Shown: positions 38,004 through 49,696, numbered from the whole stretch's first letter. The stretch: DNA of 63,799 nt, filler included, from Octopus bimaculoides (GCF_001194135.2; 6 parts of 6 records of this genome joined end to end with filler, not necessarily neighbours in it); one strand, 5' to 3'. Numbers and translations: made by a program. Notes: generated by a model from the letters alone, not told the origin.

Positions 38004-38771
38004 AATCTGTAACCAACCTCAACCTTATAGATGCGATCGTTCCTGATTTTTAAAATTTACTTTTAGATGTACTTTGTATATTATCTTTTTAAATATTTTA
38101 ATTGCTTTTAAGAATAATTGTAAATAAATTTAAATACAAACAAGACATTTGAATTAGTGACTGCTCTGTCAAAGATGATTTTAATTTTGATTGTAATTTC
38201 TTGGTCATATTATAGTAGCTTCACACCGTGAACTTTGCAGATAATGAGTAACATTTTACATGATGTAAGATATGACAGTAGGATCGAATACCAAAATGCC
38301 ACCCACAGAAAACCAAATTTGTATATAACGAATCGAATTAAACTTGCGAATTGCTACAATAATGAAAGTCTTCACTCGAAATGATCGGTTTTGTCTACTA
38401 GTGAGACGCTCCATGACTGACGTATAAACACCGAATATTAATTCTTTATGAATGCCCACCACGGTCTTTCTCTTTGCTTAAAAAAAATTTTTTTTAACAG
38501 AAACTGACAAGATATTCCGTTCATAGATATCTAAGGGCATCTATACCTTAAGCAAAATTTCACGTCAGCTAAGAATTGAAACCGCTTAGTTGATTCCGAT
38601 GCCTTAAATGCAAGTAACACTTTAGACAGTTACTTGCCTGTAAGATTGGCTAAAGAAGTGAAAACAGGAAAGGAGAAACAATGGAATAGTTAAAGATGAA
38701 AAAGAAAAGCTAAATAAGGAAAGCTGTTGTTCACCACGCATCTATTCTTTCTTGGAATAATTACAAAACCT

Positions 38772-38975
38772 AAGGTAGCGAACTTGCAGAATCGTTAACA
38801 CGCCGGACAACAGGCTTAGCGTCTTTACGTTCAGAGTTCAAATTCCGCCGAGGTCGACTTTACCTTTCATCCTTTCGGAGTAAATAAAATAAATGCCAGT
38901 TGAGTACTGGGGTCAATATAATTGGTTTACCCCCTCTTCTGGACTTGCTGGCCTTGTGCCAAAATTTGAAACCAG
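38772..38975 (+). mobile_element. SINE family B, inserted in the P3 3' flank
   Basis: gcagaatcgttaacacgccgg..GAGTTCAAATTCCgccgaggtcgacttt..ggccttgtgccaaaatttgaaacc. Confidence 0.85.
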
Positions 38976-39844
38976 TATTTACAAGACCTGGTCAAACATT
39001 CAGCAATTTTTCATGTCATTTGGTTTAAAATCAACAAAGAATGATTATTTCCTTAGAAACTATGGACGATTCTGTAAGAGCTGATAGAAATAGCCCTACG
39101 AAGTATACGAACTATTCATATACTTGCAACTTAATACGAACATTGAATGAGTTGTGGTTCTCATTATCTTAAAGTATGCAACTTTTTCGTGGTAAGATAG
39201 CTTAAACCAATGACCAGAGCTATGCTAGAAGGGCAACATCGCTCCCCACCCATCCTGTTTTTTATTATCTCTCCTCGGTTTAGTTCTGTCCTGATAGTTG
39301 CAATAATACCTGATTGGTCCAGTTATATACGGCTGAATTACGAGTGTATGTGACCAAAGTACAAAAGATCGAAAATCAAAATCTTGCGACAGTTGTGCAC
39401 TTATAAACCGGTGGCCAGTGAAACGGGTCTCTTTTGAGATCAGTCGTGAATGATGTCGTCAGGGCGAAGAGCTACTATTTTCGAGAGTAGACACCAGGCC
39501 GCGTACAGTTTGTCGTTCAGCTGCCAACCCATCCAAAATATATAGACTTTACTAATGCATAGGAATAAGGATTGTATTCAAGCCACAAGGGCCAAACACA
39601 GAGGGGATGATACAAAATAAACACGGGGTCGGGAAGCGTATGGAAATATATAGAAATGAAATTTATGATAATAAAATTTATAATAAAACGAATGGAAAGT
39701 TTATGATAAATTTATGATTATAAAACGAATGAAAAACAAACAATACAACACTACCATTAAGTGGGGAGACGGTTAAGACCCTGCAAGACACGTTCCTCCA
39801 CTGGACCTTTTGGTTTACTCTTTATGGCCTACGCTAGAAATTCA

Positions 39845-39990
39845 GAAAAAATACTTTGTGTTGATTTTAAATAAACCTTAAATTATTCCATCATTTCAAC
39901 TTCAGTTTTTTTCCCCTAATTTGTCACAGCTTCTTGCTTGCAGATCATTCTAATCCGGGACCGGTTTCAATTCTTAACGTTATTAATCTT
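39845..39990 (-). pseudogene. Orphan 5' flank of the 4-TM family with no CDS following
   Basis: atactttgtgttgattttaa..ccttaaattattccatca..ccggtttcaattctt matches the flanks of P4-P7. The CDS position is occupied by unrelated sequence resembling a LINE 3' end. Confidence 0.65.
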
Positions 39991-40014
39991 CTTTACTCTT
40001 TTACTCTCTTACTT

Positions 40015-40402
40015 GTTTCAGTCATTTGACTGTGACCATGCTGGAGAACGGCCTTTAGTCGAGCAAATCGACCCCCAGGACTTATTCTTTGTAAGCCTAG
40101 TGCTTATTCTATCGGTCACTTTTTGCCGAACCGCTAAGTTACGGGGACGTAAACACACCGGCATCGGTTGTGAAGCGATGCTGATGGGACAAACACAGAC
40201 ACAAACATATACACACACATACATATGTATATATAGATACATATATAGGACGGGATTCTTTCAGTTTCCATCTACCAAATCCACTCACAAGGCTTTGGTC
40301 GGCCCGAGGCTATAGTCGAGGACACTTGCTCAAGTTGCCACACAGTGGAACTGAACCCGGAACTATGTGGTTGGTAAGCAAGCTACTTATCACACAGCCA
40401 TT
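40015..40402 (-). mobile_element. SINE family A, full length
   Basis: All family blocks are present in order, including the internal CA tract. Confidence 0.85.
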
Positions 40403-41329
40403 CCTGCGCCCTTTAGGGCATCAAAATATTATTGGAAATATATGGTCTCTATCTCCTCCTAGTCGCTCTTTTTTATATATNNNNNNNNNNNNNNNNNNNN
40501 NNNNNNNNNNNNNNNNNNNNNNNNNNNNNNNNNNNNNNNNNNNNNNNNNNNNNNNNNNNNNNNNNNNNNNNNNNNNNNNNNNNNNNNNNNNNNNNNNNNN
40601 NNNNNNNNNNNNNNNNNNNNNNNNNNNNNNNNNNNNNNNNNNNNNNNNNNNNNNNNNNNNNNNNNNNNNNNNNNNNNNNNNNNNNNNNNNNNNNNNNNNN
40701 NNNNNNNNNNNNNNNNNNNNNNNNNNNNNNNNNNNNNNNNNNNNNNNNNNNNNNNNNNNNNNNNNNNNNNNNNNNNNNNNNNNNNNNNNNNNNNNNNNNN
40801 NNNNNNNNNNNNNNNNNNNNNNNNNNNNNNNNNNNNNNNNNNNNNNNNNNNNNNNNNNNNNNNNNNNNNNNNNNNNNNNNNNNNNNNNNNNNNNNNNNNN
40901 NNNNNNNNNNNNNNNNNNNNNNNNNNNNNNNNNNNNNNNNNNNNNNNNNNNNNNNNNNNNNNNNNNNNNNNNNNNNNNNNNNNNNNNNNNNNNNNNNNNN
41001 NNNNNNNNNNNNNNNNNNNNNNNNNNNNNNNNNNNNNNNNNNNNNNNNNNNNNNNNNNNNNNNNNNNNNNNNNNNNNNNNNNNNNNNNNNNNNNNNNNNN
41101 NNNNNNNNNNNNNNNNNNNNNNNNNNNNNNNNNNNNNNNNNNNNNNNNNNNNNNNNNNNNNNNNNNNNNNNNNNNNNNNNNNNNNNNNNNNNNNNNNNNN
41201 NNNNNNNNNNNNNNNNNNNNNNNNNNNNNNNNNNNNNNNNNNNNNNNNNNNNNNNNNNNNNNNNNNNNNNNNNNNNNNNNNNNNNNNNNNNNNNNNNNNN
41301 NNNNNNNNNNNNACAAAAGCTTTTAGCTT

Positions 41330-41750
41330 GAGGGGAGATAGCTCCATCAAGCAAACCAGTGTAGCAAAATTGAAAAAAAAATTGCATTGTAACAATTAAG
41401 AACATTTCAAGTATTCTTTATTTAAAATGTAATAAAATTTTCAGCTAAGCCTTGAGTGTAAAATTGCAATAGGATTAAGAAATCACGGGTTTAAAAAAGA
41501 ATTAACAAAGCTTAAGGTTTTAACTTGTGACTGTGTAGCCAGGATATTTTAAGTATAAAATTATATTTTAGTATCTTTTTTTTTTTTTTTCAGTTCATCT
41601 GCATTTCTAAAAAGTAAAATATTTAAAGTTTAACTACATCAAAAAATAAAACTGGGAGGATTGAATGTTAAAAGTTGAAGATGGTTATAGATTTTGAAGA
41701 GTGTAACAGTCGACAACGAACACGTACGCAAAACAGATCTGAAAGTATAG
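41330..41750 (-). pseudogene. Remnant C-terminus and 3' flank of an additional 4-TM paralog
   Basis: aagttgaagatggttatagattttgaaga matches the stop region of P2 (33886-33915). 41330-41690 aligns with 47390-47745. Confidence 0.55.
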
Positions 41751-42319
41751 AAAGTATAGAAATGTATATAGTCAGTCAGATGGATATATATAGATAGATA
41801 GATAGATATAGTCAGACAGACAGATAGATAGACAAATAAATATAGACAGATAGATAGATAGATATCAGTCTGCGTCGAAAAAGATTTCGTGAAACTCTAT
41901 CTACTACAGAAAAGCGGAAAATACGAGGTTTGGGCAAATATTTTCGTCTGATCATTTATATTGTAATGCTGTAGGTCGGAGGAGTGGGGAGGAAGAGCTG
42001 TGCAGTATATTTGTGTTGGGGAGTGGGGACAATGAGAGTAGTCGGATGATCTGATTATCGAGAAGACGATTATGGCATGGTAATGTGAAGGTTTTGAAGT
42101 GAGAAACATCACGCAAGAGTGTATGGAGTATCTGAGCGTCAATGCAGAATGTGAGCAAAGCATACAAGTTGATGCTGAGTGGGGAGTAGAAAGAAATCCT
42201 GTTGGAGGGAAGCAGAAATCCTGATGTTTACAACAATTAAATTTTTACCACTATTGTAGTGGCTGGCAAATTCTGTTAGATTCATTACATGTGAATCTGG
42301 TCTTGTGGAAGACAGTTTA

Positions 42320-42937
42320 TTATTGTTTCTTGCAACAATATAATGCACACGAAAACAGAATCATTTGCAATAAAGTACTGAGAAGAACAGCTACAGTTAG
42401 CAACTCCGAGTGCACATAGTACAGACTGGCAGCAGAAAACAAATTAAGTATGGAACATAGGAAAGGAGGATCAAGAGAGCGAGTTTGGAAATCTGATCTT
42501 CGCTTCGAAAGTTGAAAGACGATACTGAAAATTATTGACGAACTGACGACTATAAATGCGTCTAGAATAATATTCCAGTAGTTTGGCACAGTTGAAAAAT
42601 TGCGAATTCGTAGCAACAGATCTATAACGCTGCAAAATAAACAAATAAAGGACATCAACAGGTAGATGAGTATATAAACCCAGTGTATGTAGACGCTGTG
42701 TCTCATATGATCATTTGTAGTATGCTGCTGGTTCTGCTGCTGATCGCGGGGTTGATTTTGTCGAGATGCTCCTAGCGCGGTCATTTCTATATTTTCCTCA
42801 TCGCTGACAGTAGAAGAAAGTGAGACACGACGCGTTGGCCTCGAACCATATGATGTTCCTGGCAAATTGATCATACTTCGAGCATTATTCAAACTCTCCA
42901 TAGAACTATCTCTGTTAGTACTTTCAGAATCCTCCAT
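42320..42937 (-). CDS. 4-TM family paralog P4 (205 aa) with altered TM3 and a replaced C-terminal tail
   Basis: PTRRVSL, EENIEMTALG, IHW, RNFS, ILD, KRRSDF motifs. Acceptor at 42980-81. Ends CCKKQ*. Confidence 0.8.
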   Translation of the reverse strand: MEDSESTNRDSSMESLNNARSMINLPGTSYGSRPTRRVSLSSTVSDEENIEMTALGASRQNQPRDQQQNQQHTTNDHMRHSVYIHWVYILIYLLMSFICLFCSVIDLLLRIRNFSTVPNYWNIILDAFIVVSSSIIFSIVFQLSKRRSDFQTRSLDPPFLCSILNLFSAASLYYVHSELLTVAVLLSTLLQMILFSCALYCCKKQ

Positions 42938-43292
42938 TCTTTCTTGAGATGTAATCTTCTCTCGTCGGTTTGAAGCTAACTGACATAAAAAAAAATTTCC
43001 TCTCTCCGAATTTTTAGCAATTCACCATGTTTGGTATTTATTGTCTCGAAAACAATAGAAATTATTAAAACACCTTGTATCGATTTTAAAGAGTGACCTT
43101 AAATAAACTATTCCATCATGTCAACATTTTTTTCTTTTGGTCAATCACAGCTATTTGCATGCGGGAGCGGTTTCAATTCTTATTCGACGTTTAGTTTTTG
43201 CCATTATTCTAATGACAGGTTTTATTATATTCATTATATGTGAATCTGGTCTTGTAGAAGGCTGTTTACTACTTTGTCCCCACAAGCATATC

Positions 43293-43816
43293 CTACATAC
43301 AATCGAAGCAAAATAACTGATTTATTCTTTCATTATGTAAATAAAAGATAATGGTAGCAGACAACAGATTAAGTACGGCACATATGAGAGAAGGAACGAG
43401 AGGGTGATTTGGAAAATCGGATTTTCGCTTCAAAAATTCAAAGACGATACAGAAGATTGAAAACGAGTTGGCAGCTATAATCACAACTAGAATAATATTC
43501 CAGTAGTTTGGCACAGTTGAAAAATTGCGAATTCTTGGCAACAGATCAATAATGCTGCAGAATAAACAAATAAATGACAGCACCATGTAAATGAGTATAT
43601 ACCCAGTGAATACTATAATCATTGGTAGTGAGCCGCTGGTTTCGCCGAGATGCTCCTAGCAAGGTCATTTCTATGTCTTCCTCGTTGTTGGCATCGGAAG
43701 CAAATGGACAACGTGTTGGCCTCGAACCATACGATGTTCCTGGAGAATTGCTCATACTTAGAGCATTATTTAAACTCTCCACAGGACTATCTCCATTAGT
43801 TCCTTCAGAATTCCAT
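43293..43816 (-). pseudogene. 4-TM family paralog P5, frameshifted; close duplicate of P4
   Basis: Relative to P4: a 2-bp deletion after ATG GA, a 2-bp deletion in the TATATA of the WVYILI codons, and loss of TM4 after LHNE. This explains the split ORFs 43546-43782 and 43293-43622. Confidence 0.8.
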
Positions 43817-45039
43817 TCTGTCTTCAGTCGTAAACTTTTGGCGATTTAAAGCTAACTGACGTAAAACAATTTCCTCTCTTCGAATTATTAACAATTCACC
43901 ATGTTTGGTATTTATTGACAATGAAACAATAAAAGTTTAAAATATACTTTGTGCTGATTTTAAAAAGTGACCTTAAATAAACTATTCCATCATGTCAACC
44001 TTTTCTCTCCTAGTTAGTCACAGTCTCTTACATTTTAATCAACGAGCGATTTCAATCCTTAGTTGACGTCATCAAAATTCATTTGGACATCAAAATGTTA
44101 TTGGAAATACATAAACATTATTTGTCGCTCATATTTTTATTAACGCTTTTATTCAATTTTATACTTGATGCAGACGAGTCTTATTACAGAAGATCTCCTT
44201 TCGAGGGGAGATAACTATCTAGTACCCAGCATGGTGACAAGAAAATTGGAGCAAAGCTGCGTGATAGATGTGATAAGTAGACCATCTGAAATTGCATTTT
44301 TATCCTTCTCTTCCATTTTATTGGCATGCGCAGGTACAGGTCGACAGGTACAAGTCGCCAGGTCACGATCGTCGCCCAGATAGATGCATTTAATTTATGG
44401 GCGTTTGTTGGGGTCTAATGTCACTCAAACACTCCGATACCCCACCACCCGAATGCAAGAGGACTAATATTTAAACTAATGACTTTTCAGATAATGTCAA
44501 TTTGCCACTATTATATACTAAGAAGATATTTTGGCTATTTTTTGTTTTTTTTTTATGTGTGCATGGTAGTCTCATTTTCATAAAATGTGCTCAGCAATCC
44601 ATGCTATGTGAGTGACAATCCCAGCGCTTTATGGGTTAATGACAATCGGTTTGCAAAAGGAAGGCAAAAATTCTGAATATTCTGTTGTAATAATGATTTG
44701 GGTGTTATTAATTTCACTATATGTAAGTACGAGTTGGTGCAGTGGGTATATTAGGATTAAATCACCGTCAAATGTCTGACATCGTGTGAAATGTTACAGG
44801 TTTTCTGAGAAAATCGGGGTGTAGAATTCATTTATCTAACATTTATAAAAAAATTGGAATTATCAAAAACTAAAATTGAAAGAATATTAATCGCCAACAA
44901 TGGAGTCACTGTAATTAGAATGCTTGGCTATAGTTTATATACAATTTTTTAAAAAACCAATTGAAATATTTAAAAGTTATATGTATATAGAAAAGTAATA
45001 TAAAACAGAAATTATCGAATATACAAAATTTCAAGTTGG

Positions 45040-45651
45040 TTACAAGTTTTGAATGACTATAAAGCTCAACCTGAAGCCGTGTGCACACAGTAGTGCAAAA
45101 AGTATGATACTACAGAGAAAAACTGCGAGTGTAAACCGGTCATAATTTAATCCGAAGATAATGGCAGCGGGCAATAGGTTAAATATGGTACAGAAGAGAC
45201 AGTAGATGAGAGTACGATTTGGGAAAAGTAATCCTCGCTTCGAAATCGGGAAAATTGAACAGAAGATTATCAACGAGTTATTTGCGATAATCACGTTCAT
45301 GATAATACTCCAGCGATGTGATATATCTGGATGTTTGCGAACGAGATGCACCAAATCTGTAACACTGCAGGATAAACTGATCGCACTCAACACCAGAGAG
45401 ATGAGTATAAACAGCCAATGTATATCAGAATATTTGGCCATGCGACGTCGGTTCTGATGTTGCTGAGATCCACCTTGATCAGTCATTTGTTCGTTTTCCT
45501 CGTTGCTGGTAGAGGAAGTAAATGACAGACGATATGTTGGCCACGAATCAGTTGAGGCTAGTAACGATTCAATTGTAAGTGGAGCATTGTTCAAATTATC
45601 CGCAGAACTATCAGTGTCAATGTTTTCTTCCATGCTGTCTGAATCCTCCAT
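45040..45651 (-). CDS. 4-TM family paralog P6 (203 aa)
   Basis: PTYRLSF, EENEQM, IHW, KRGLLFPNR, CLFCTIFN motifs and four TM segments. Acceptor at 45691-92. Confidence 0.85.
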   Translation of the reverse strand: MEDSDSMEENIDTDSSADNLNNAPLTIESLLASTDSWPTYRLSFTSSTSNEENEQMTDQGGSQQHQNRRRMAKYSDIHWLFILISLVLSAISLSCSVTDLVHLVRKHPDISHRWSIIMNVIIANNSLIIFCSIFPISKRGLLFPNRTLIYCLFCTIFNLLPAAIIFGLNYDRFTLAVFLCSIILFALLCAHGFRLSFIVIQNL

Positions 45652-46174
45652 TCTCGCCTGAGATAAATTCTTTTTCTTATTCGAAGCCAGCTGACATGAA
45701 ATGTTTCCTTTTCTTAAAATTTTAGTACCGCATCACGTTTTTCTATTTATTCTCTAAGAAACAATAGAAATGATGCAAATCTTTGTTCTGATTTTAGAAA
45801 GTGGCCTTAAATGTGCAATTCCATAATTTCACCGTACATCTTTTTTTTTTTTTTCCTTTAATCAATCACATTGTTTTGCATGCAGTACATTCTCATCTAC
45901 GATGCGGTTTCAATTCTTAGTCGACGTCATCAAACATCACTTTCACTTCAAGATGTCATTTAAAATGTATGAACACTATATTTTTCCAGTTTCCTTTTCT
46001 TATAAAAAGAATGTTCTTAGACGCAAAAATCAATATCATAAAAGTGTTGAGATTTGCTGAGTATAAGGTGAAGTTGTGACAAACTGCAAACACTTCCTGG
46101 TTCCAGTTCTTTTATGGCTCAGTACGAGAGTAATTGTCATAACCCCTTTCACGGTGATATTGGTAACATGAAAG

Positions 46175-47040
46175 AAGTTATTCCCAGTTAGTACCAGACT
46201 TTAAAAGCATAAGACCTAGGGTCGATTTGTTCGGCTAAAAACCCTTCCAGACTGTGCCCCAGCATGGCCGCAGTCAGATGATTGAAACAAAAGATAAAAG
46301 TTAACTACCTCCTCCTTAAAACTGCTGACCTTGTGATTAAATTAGATGCTAGGAAGGTTGATGGATTGACAAAATGGTCAGCATGTCAAAAATGCATTAT
46401 GGTATAATGCTGCTTGCGGAAACATCCATGAACACTACGGTTAACCAGACTACTTAGGTAACGTGCCCTCTCTCGCCCTCTGATCTATAGGATCGTTCAC
46501 TCCTATCATGAACGCCACCCCGACCACCTTTCAACAACTCTTCTAGGAGGCAGCACTTTCCTCACTCATTTTCCTTTTCCCATGTAACAGTTTGATGCCG
46601 GCTTGACCATAGAGAAAAATGTTTGTCTTCGGCCCTTTCAGCATTACGATATCTTGCGAATGAATTTTGTGGTGGAAAACTATACGGAAGCTCGTCTATT
46701 ATGTTCGTATGTCTGTGTGCTTGTTCTCCACCACTGCTTATTAACCGGTGCCGCACACTGGGTCTAAAGCCGAAACTAGGTGACTACAAAGCGAGCTTCT
46801 TCATTACACAACCATGCATTATGAAACGCTAATTAATACAAGATGTAGTTACATAAAGTAACAAATAATTAGGATTACCCACCTACACACAGGCGGTAAC
46901 TGCTTACGTCTCAGTAACCGAAAGGATCGATTAAGAAGAACGATAGACTAAGTACCAACTTAGAAATACGCACTCCGGTCGATTTATCCGACTAAACCCT
47001 TCGAGGCGGTGCCCCAGTATGACCACACTCCAATAATTTA
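46175..47040 (+). mobile_element. Cluster of SINE family A 3' fragments
   Basis: gggtcgatttgttcggctaaaa..ccagcatggccgcagtc at 46220-46280, and gtcgatttatccgactaaacc..gcggtgccccag at 46975-47020. Confidence 0.6.
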
Positions 47041-47389
47041 AGCAAGATAATTTTAATTTTCAATCCGTCTGTTGTATAACATGTCGAAGCCAACCTTCGT
47101 CTTAAGAACTTTATTGTCCTAAATGTTTCAATAACTTAAATGTAATTCTGTGAACTATCGTTGCTTAAAAAAAAAAAAAAAAAAAAAAATAGCGATCGCA
47201 ATCAGTGTTCCGATTACAGCCGTTTCCAAAATTATATATTTCAGAGCTTGGATTTGTTTATGCAATGTAAAATGTATTTCATAAGGAAAATTCTATTTGA
47301 TTTTATGTGATCTTGAAAAAAAAAATTCTTTGATATTTTGGTCCGGTTTCATATTTCATACTTGAGGTAATGGCAAGTGAAAGTTTTGA

Positions 47390-47745
47390 TAAAGGAAAAT
47401 TTTTTTCTTTGAGGGAGATAGCTGCATCTAGCAACCAACGTGGCGATAAAGATTGCGTCGTAACAACTAACGAAAAGATTTCAAACATTCTTTATTTTTA
47501 AAAAGTTATGAAATTTTAAGTTAAGCTCCGAGTATAAAATGGCAATAGGGTTAACAAATTACGAGTTAAGAAAAAGAAAAAATGACATTGCTGACTGATT
47601 GGCGTATGACAATGTAGCCAGGGTATTTTAAATGTTTAGTTACATTTTATTTGTTCGTTCTTCAATATTTAAAAAAATATATTAAAAGTTGAACTACATC
47701 GAAAATAAAACTGGAATGATTGAGTATGGACAGTTGAAGAATGTA
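47390..47745 (-). pseudogene. Second CDS-less 3' flank remnant downstream of P7
   Basis: aactacatcgaaaataaaactggaatgattgagtatggacagttgaag resembles the post-stop flank at 48040-48110 and aligns with 41330-41690. Confidence 0.5.
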
Positions 47746-48119
47746 AAAGTCATCATAGACCTCTGTACACACAAGGCTGGATTCTTTATATGTGAATCTG
47801 GTCTTATGGGCATTATTTTAGTCTTCCATCCCTCAAGCATGTCATACATCATGTAAAATGTTATACGTTGAATGTAACATTCTGAGAGTAGAATTCACTA
47901 ACGCAACGTGGCCAAAAAAAAACGAATGCCAAAAGAAGATTTTTTCCGATAGTATAGTCACGTCTTCGAAGTGTCTGGTTACATTTAAGTTTATAGTTAT
48001 TTTTAAAGGCAATTAAAATATTTAAATGTTATAACGAATTAACTACATTAAAACATGATAAAAAAAAAACTCAGGAATTACTGAATATACAGTTGAAGTT
48101 GATTCTAGATTTTGAATAA

Positions 48120-48725
48120 CTATAAACGCGACATCAACCATGGTATATACAACAGAAGCAAAAGTATGAAAGTACTGATAAGAATGACTAGAGTCATCCC
48201 TTCATGATGTAAGTAGTACATAATTGTAGCAGATAACAGGTTACATACAGCACAAAGGAGACAGACAAAGACAGAGCGATTTGTGAAATCAGCTCTTCGC
48301 TTCAAAGATTGAAAGACGATACACAAAATTGTCAACGAGTTGGCTGTTATAACCACGTCGAGAAAAATATTCCAATAGTCTAACATAGCTGAAAAATTGC
48401 GAATTCTTTTCAACAGATCTATCATACTGCAGAATAAACTAATAAATGATAACACCAGGTAGACGAATTTATGGCTCCAGCGCATAGTATTATCATTAAT
48501 AGTGTGTCGCTGGTTCTGCTGTTGATCGCGGAGTTCAGGTTGCCGAGCCGCTCCTAGTGCGATCATTTCTATATTTTCCTCATTACTAACGTTGGAAGCA
48601 AGTGACTGACGACGTGTTGGCCTCAAAGTATTCGACGGTTGTAGTAAATTGCTCCTGCTTGGATCATTGTTCACATTATCTCCATTAGTTCTTTCAAGGT
48701 TTCCCATTAATTCCGAATCCGCCAT
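48120..48725 (-). CDS. 4-TM family paralog P7 (201 aa from first ATG; ORF track starts at GTG 48767)
   Basis: PTRRQSL, EENIEMIALG, RNFS, FLD, KRRADFTNR, CLLCAVCN, LHHE motifs. Ends MSRL*. Confidence 0.82.
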   Translation of the reverse strand: MADSELMGNLERTNGDNVNNDPSRSNLLQPSNTLRPTRRQSLASNVSNEENIEMIALGAARQPELRDQQQNQRHTINDNTMRWSHKFVYLVLSFISLFCSMIDLLKRIRNFSAMLDYWNIFLDVVITANSLTILCIVFQSLKRRADFTNRSVFVCLLCAVCNLLSATIMYYLHHEGMTLVILISTFILLLLLYIPWLMSRL

Positions 48726-48937
48726 TCTTTCTGGAGATGAAATCTTTTGCCAATTTGAAGTTAACACAAAAATTTCGCTCTTTGAATACTTAACAATTCA
48801 CCATGCTGGATATTTATTGTCTAGGAAACAATAGAAATTAAAAAATACTTTGTATTGATTTTTAAAAATATTACCTTAAATAAACTATTCCATCAAGCCA
48901 GCTTCATTTTTTTTTACCTCCTAGTTAATTACATGTT

Positions 48938-49330
48938 AAATGAAAAATCTAATAAGAGTCAAACTGAATTATGAGATGTTCGAACCCGATGAAAGAGCGG
49001 TTTTATTGGAGGAAGAGAAAAAGGAAAGACTGATGGAGTTATTTGAAACCAGAATTAGACCTACAGGGATATATATACAATACGACAGTTTACCCAATGT
49101 GATGGAATACATAACAGACAAAAAAGACTGATAATTGATATGTATAATGAGAACAGTAAAATGGAACTGCAAGCTTTGGGGGAGGGCGGCTCGTAAGCCA
49201 TTGCATCCTTTCATTGTTAAATATTTCATTTCGTATTTCATCATTCGTTTTATGTACCCCACGTTTTGTGTTGTCTGTCCTTCTCGTAATCTCTCCTCTT
49301 TTTTAAGGCTATATGCCGCAATAAAGAAAT
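48938..49330 (+). mobile_element. 5'-truncated LINE 3' end with a 16-bp target-site duplication, inserted in the P7 upstream flank
   Basis: TAGTTAATTACATGTT at 48922-37 and 49331-46. Insert has an ORF end (..EYITDKKD*), a UTR like that of 35487-35660, and AATAAAGAAA at the end. Confidence 0.8.
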
Positions 49331-49559
49331 TAGTTAATTACATGTTGCAGGTAGATCATTTTAACCCACGCGCGGTTTCAATTCTAGACTTGACGTTATC
49401 AAATTTCATTTGTGCCTTCAAAATACTATTGGAAATATATNNNNNNNNNNNNNNNNNNNNNNNNNNNNNNNNNNNNNNNNNNNNTTAATTAATTAANNNN
49501 NNNNNNNNNNNNNNNNNNNNNNNNNNNNNNNNNNNNNNNNATGAATTTCACATTTACAT

Positions 49560-49611
49560 ATTACAAACATGGATATACATATATGTAAATATGCATCCTT
49601 ATGTATGTATG

Positions 49612-49645
<34 letters not shown>

Positions 49646-49663
49646 TGTATATATGTATGTATG

Positions 49664-49696
<33 letters not shown>

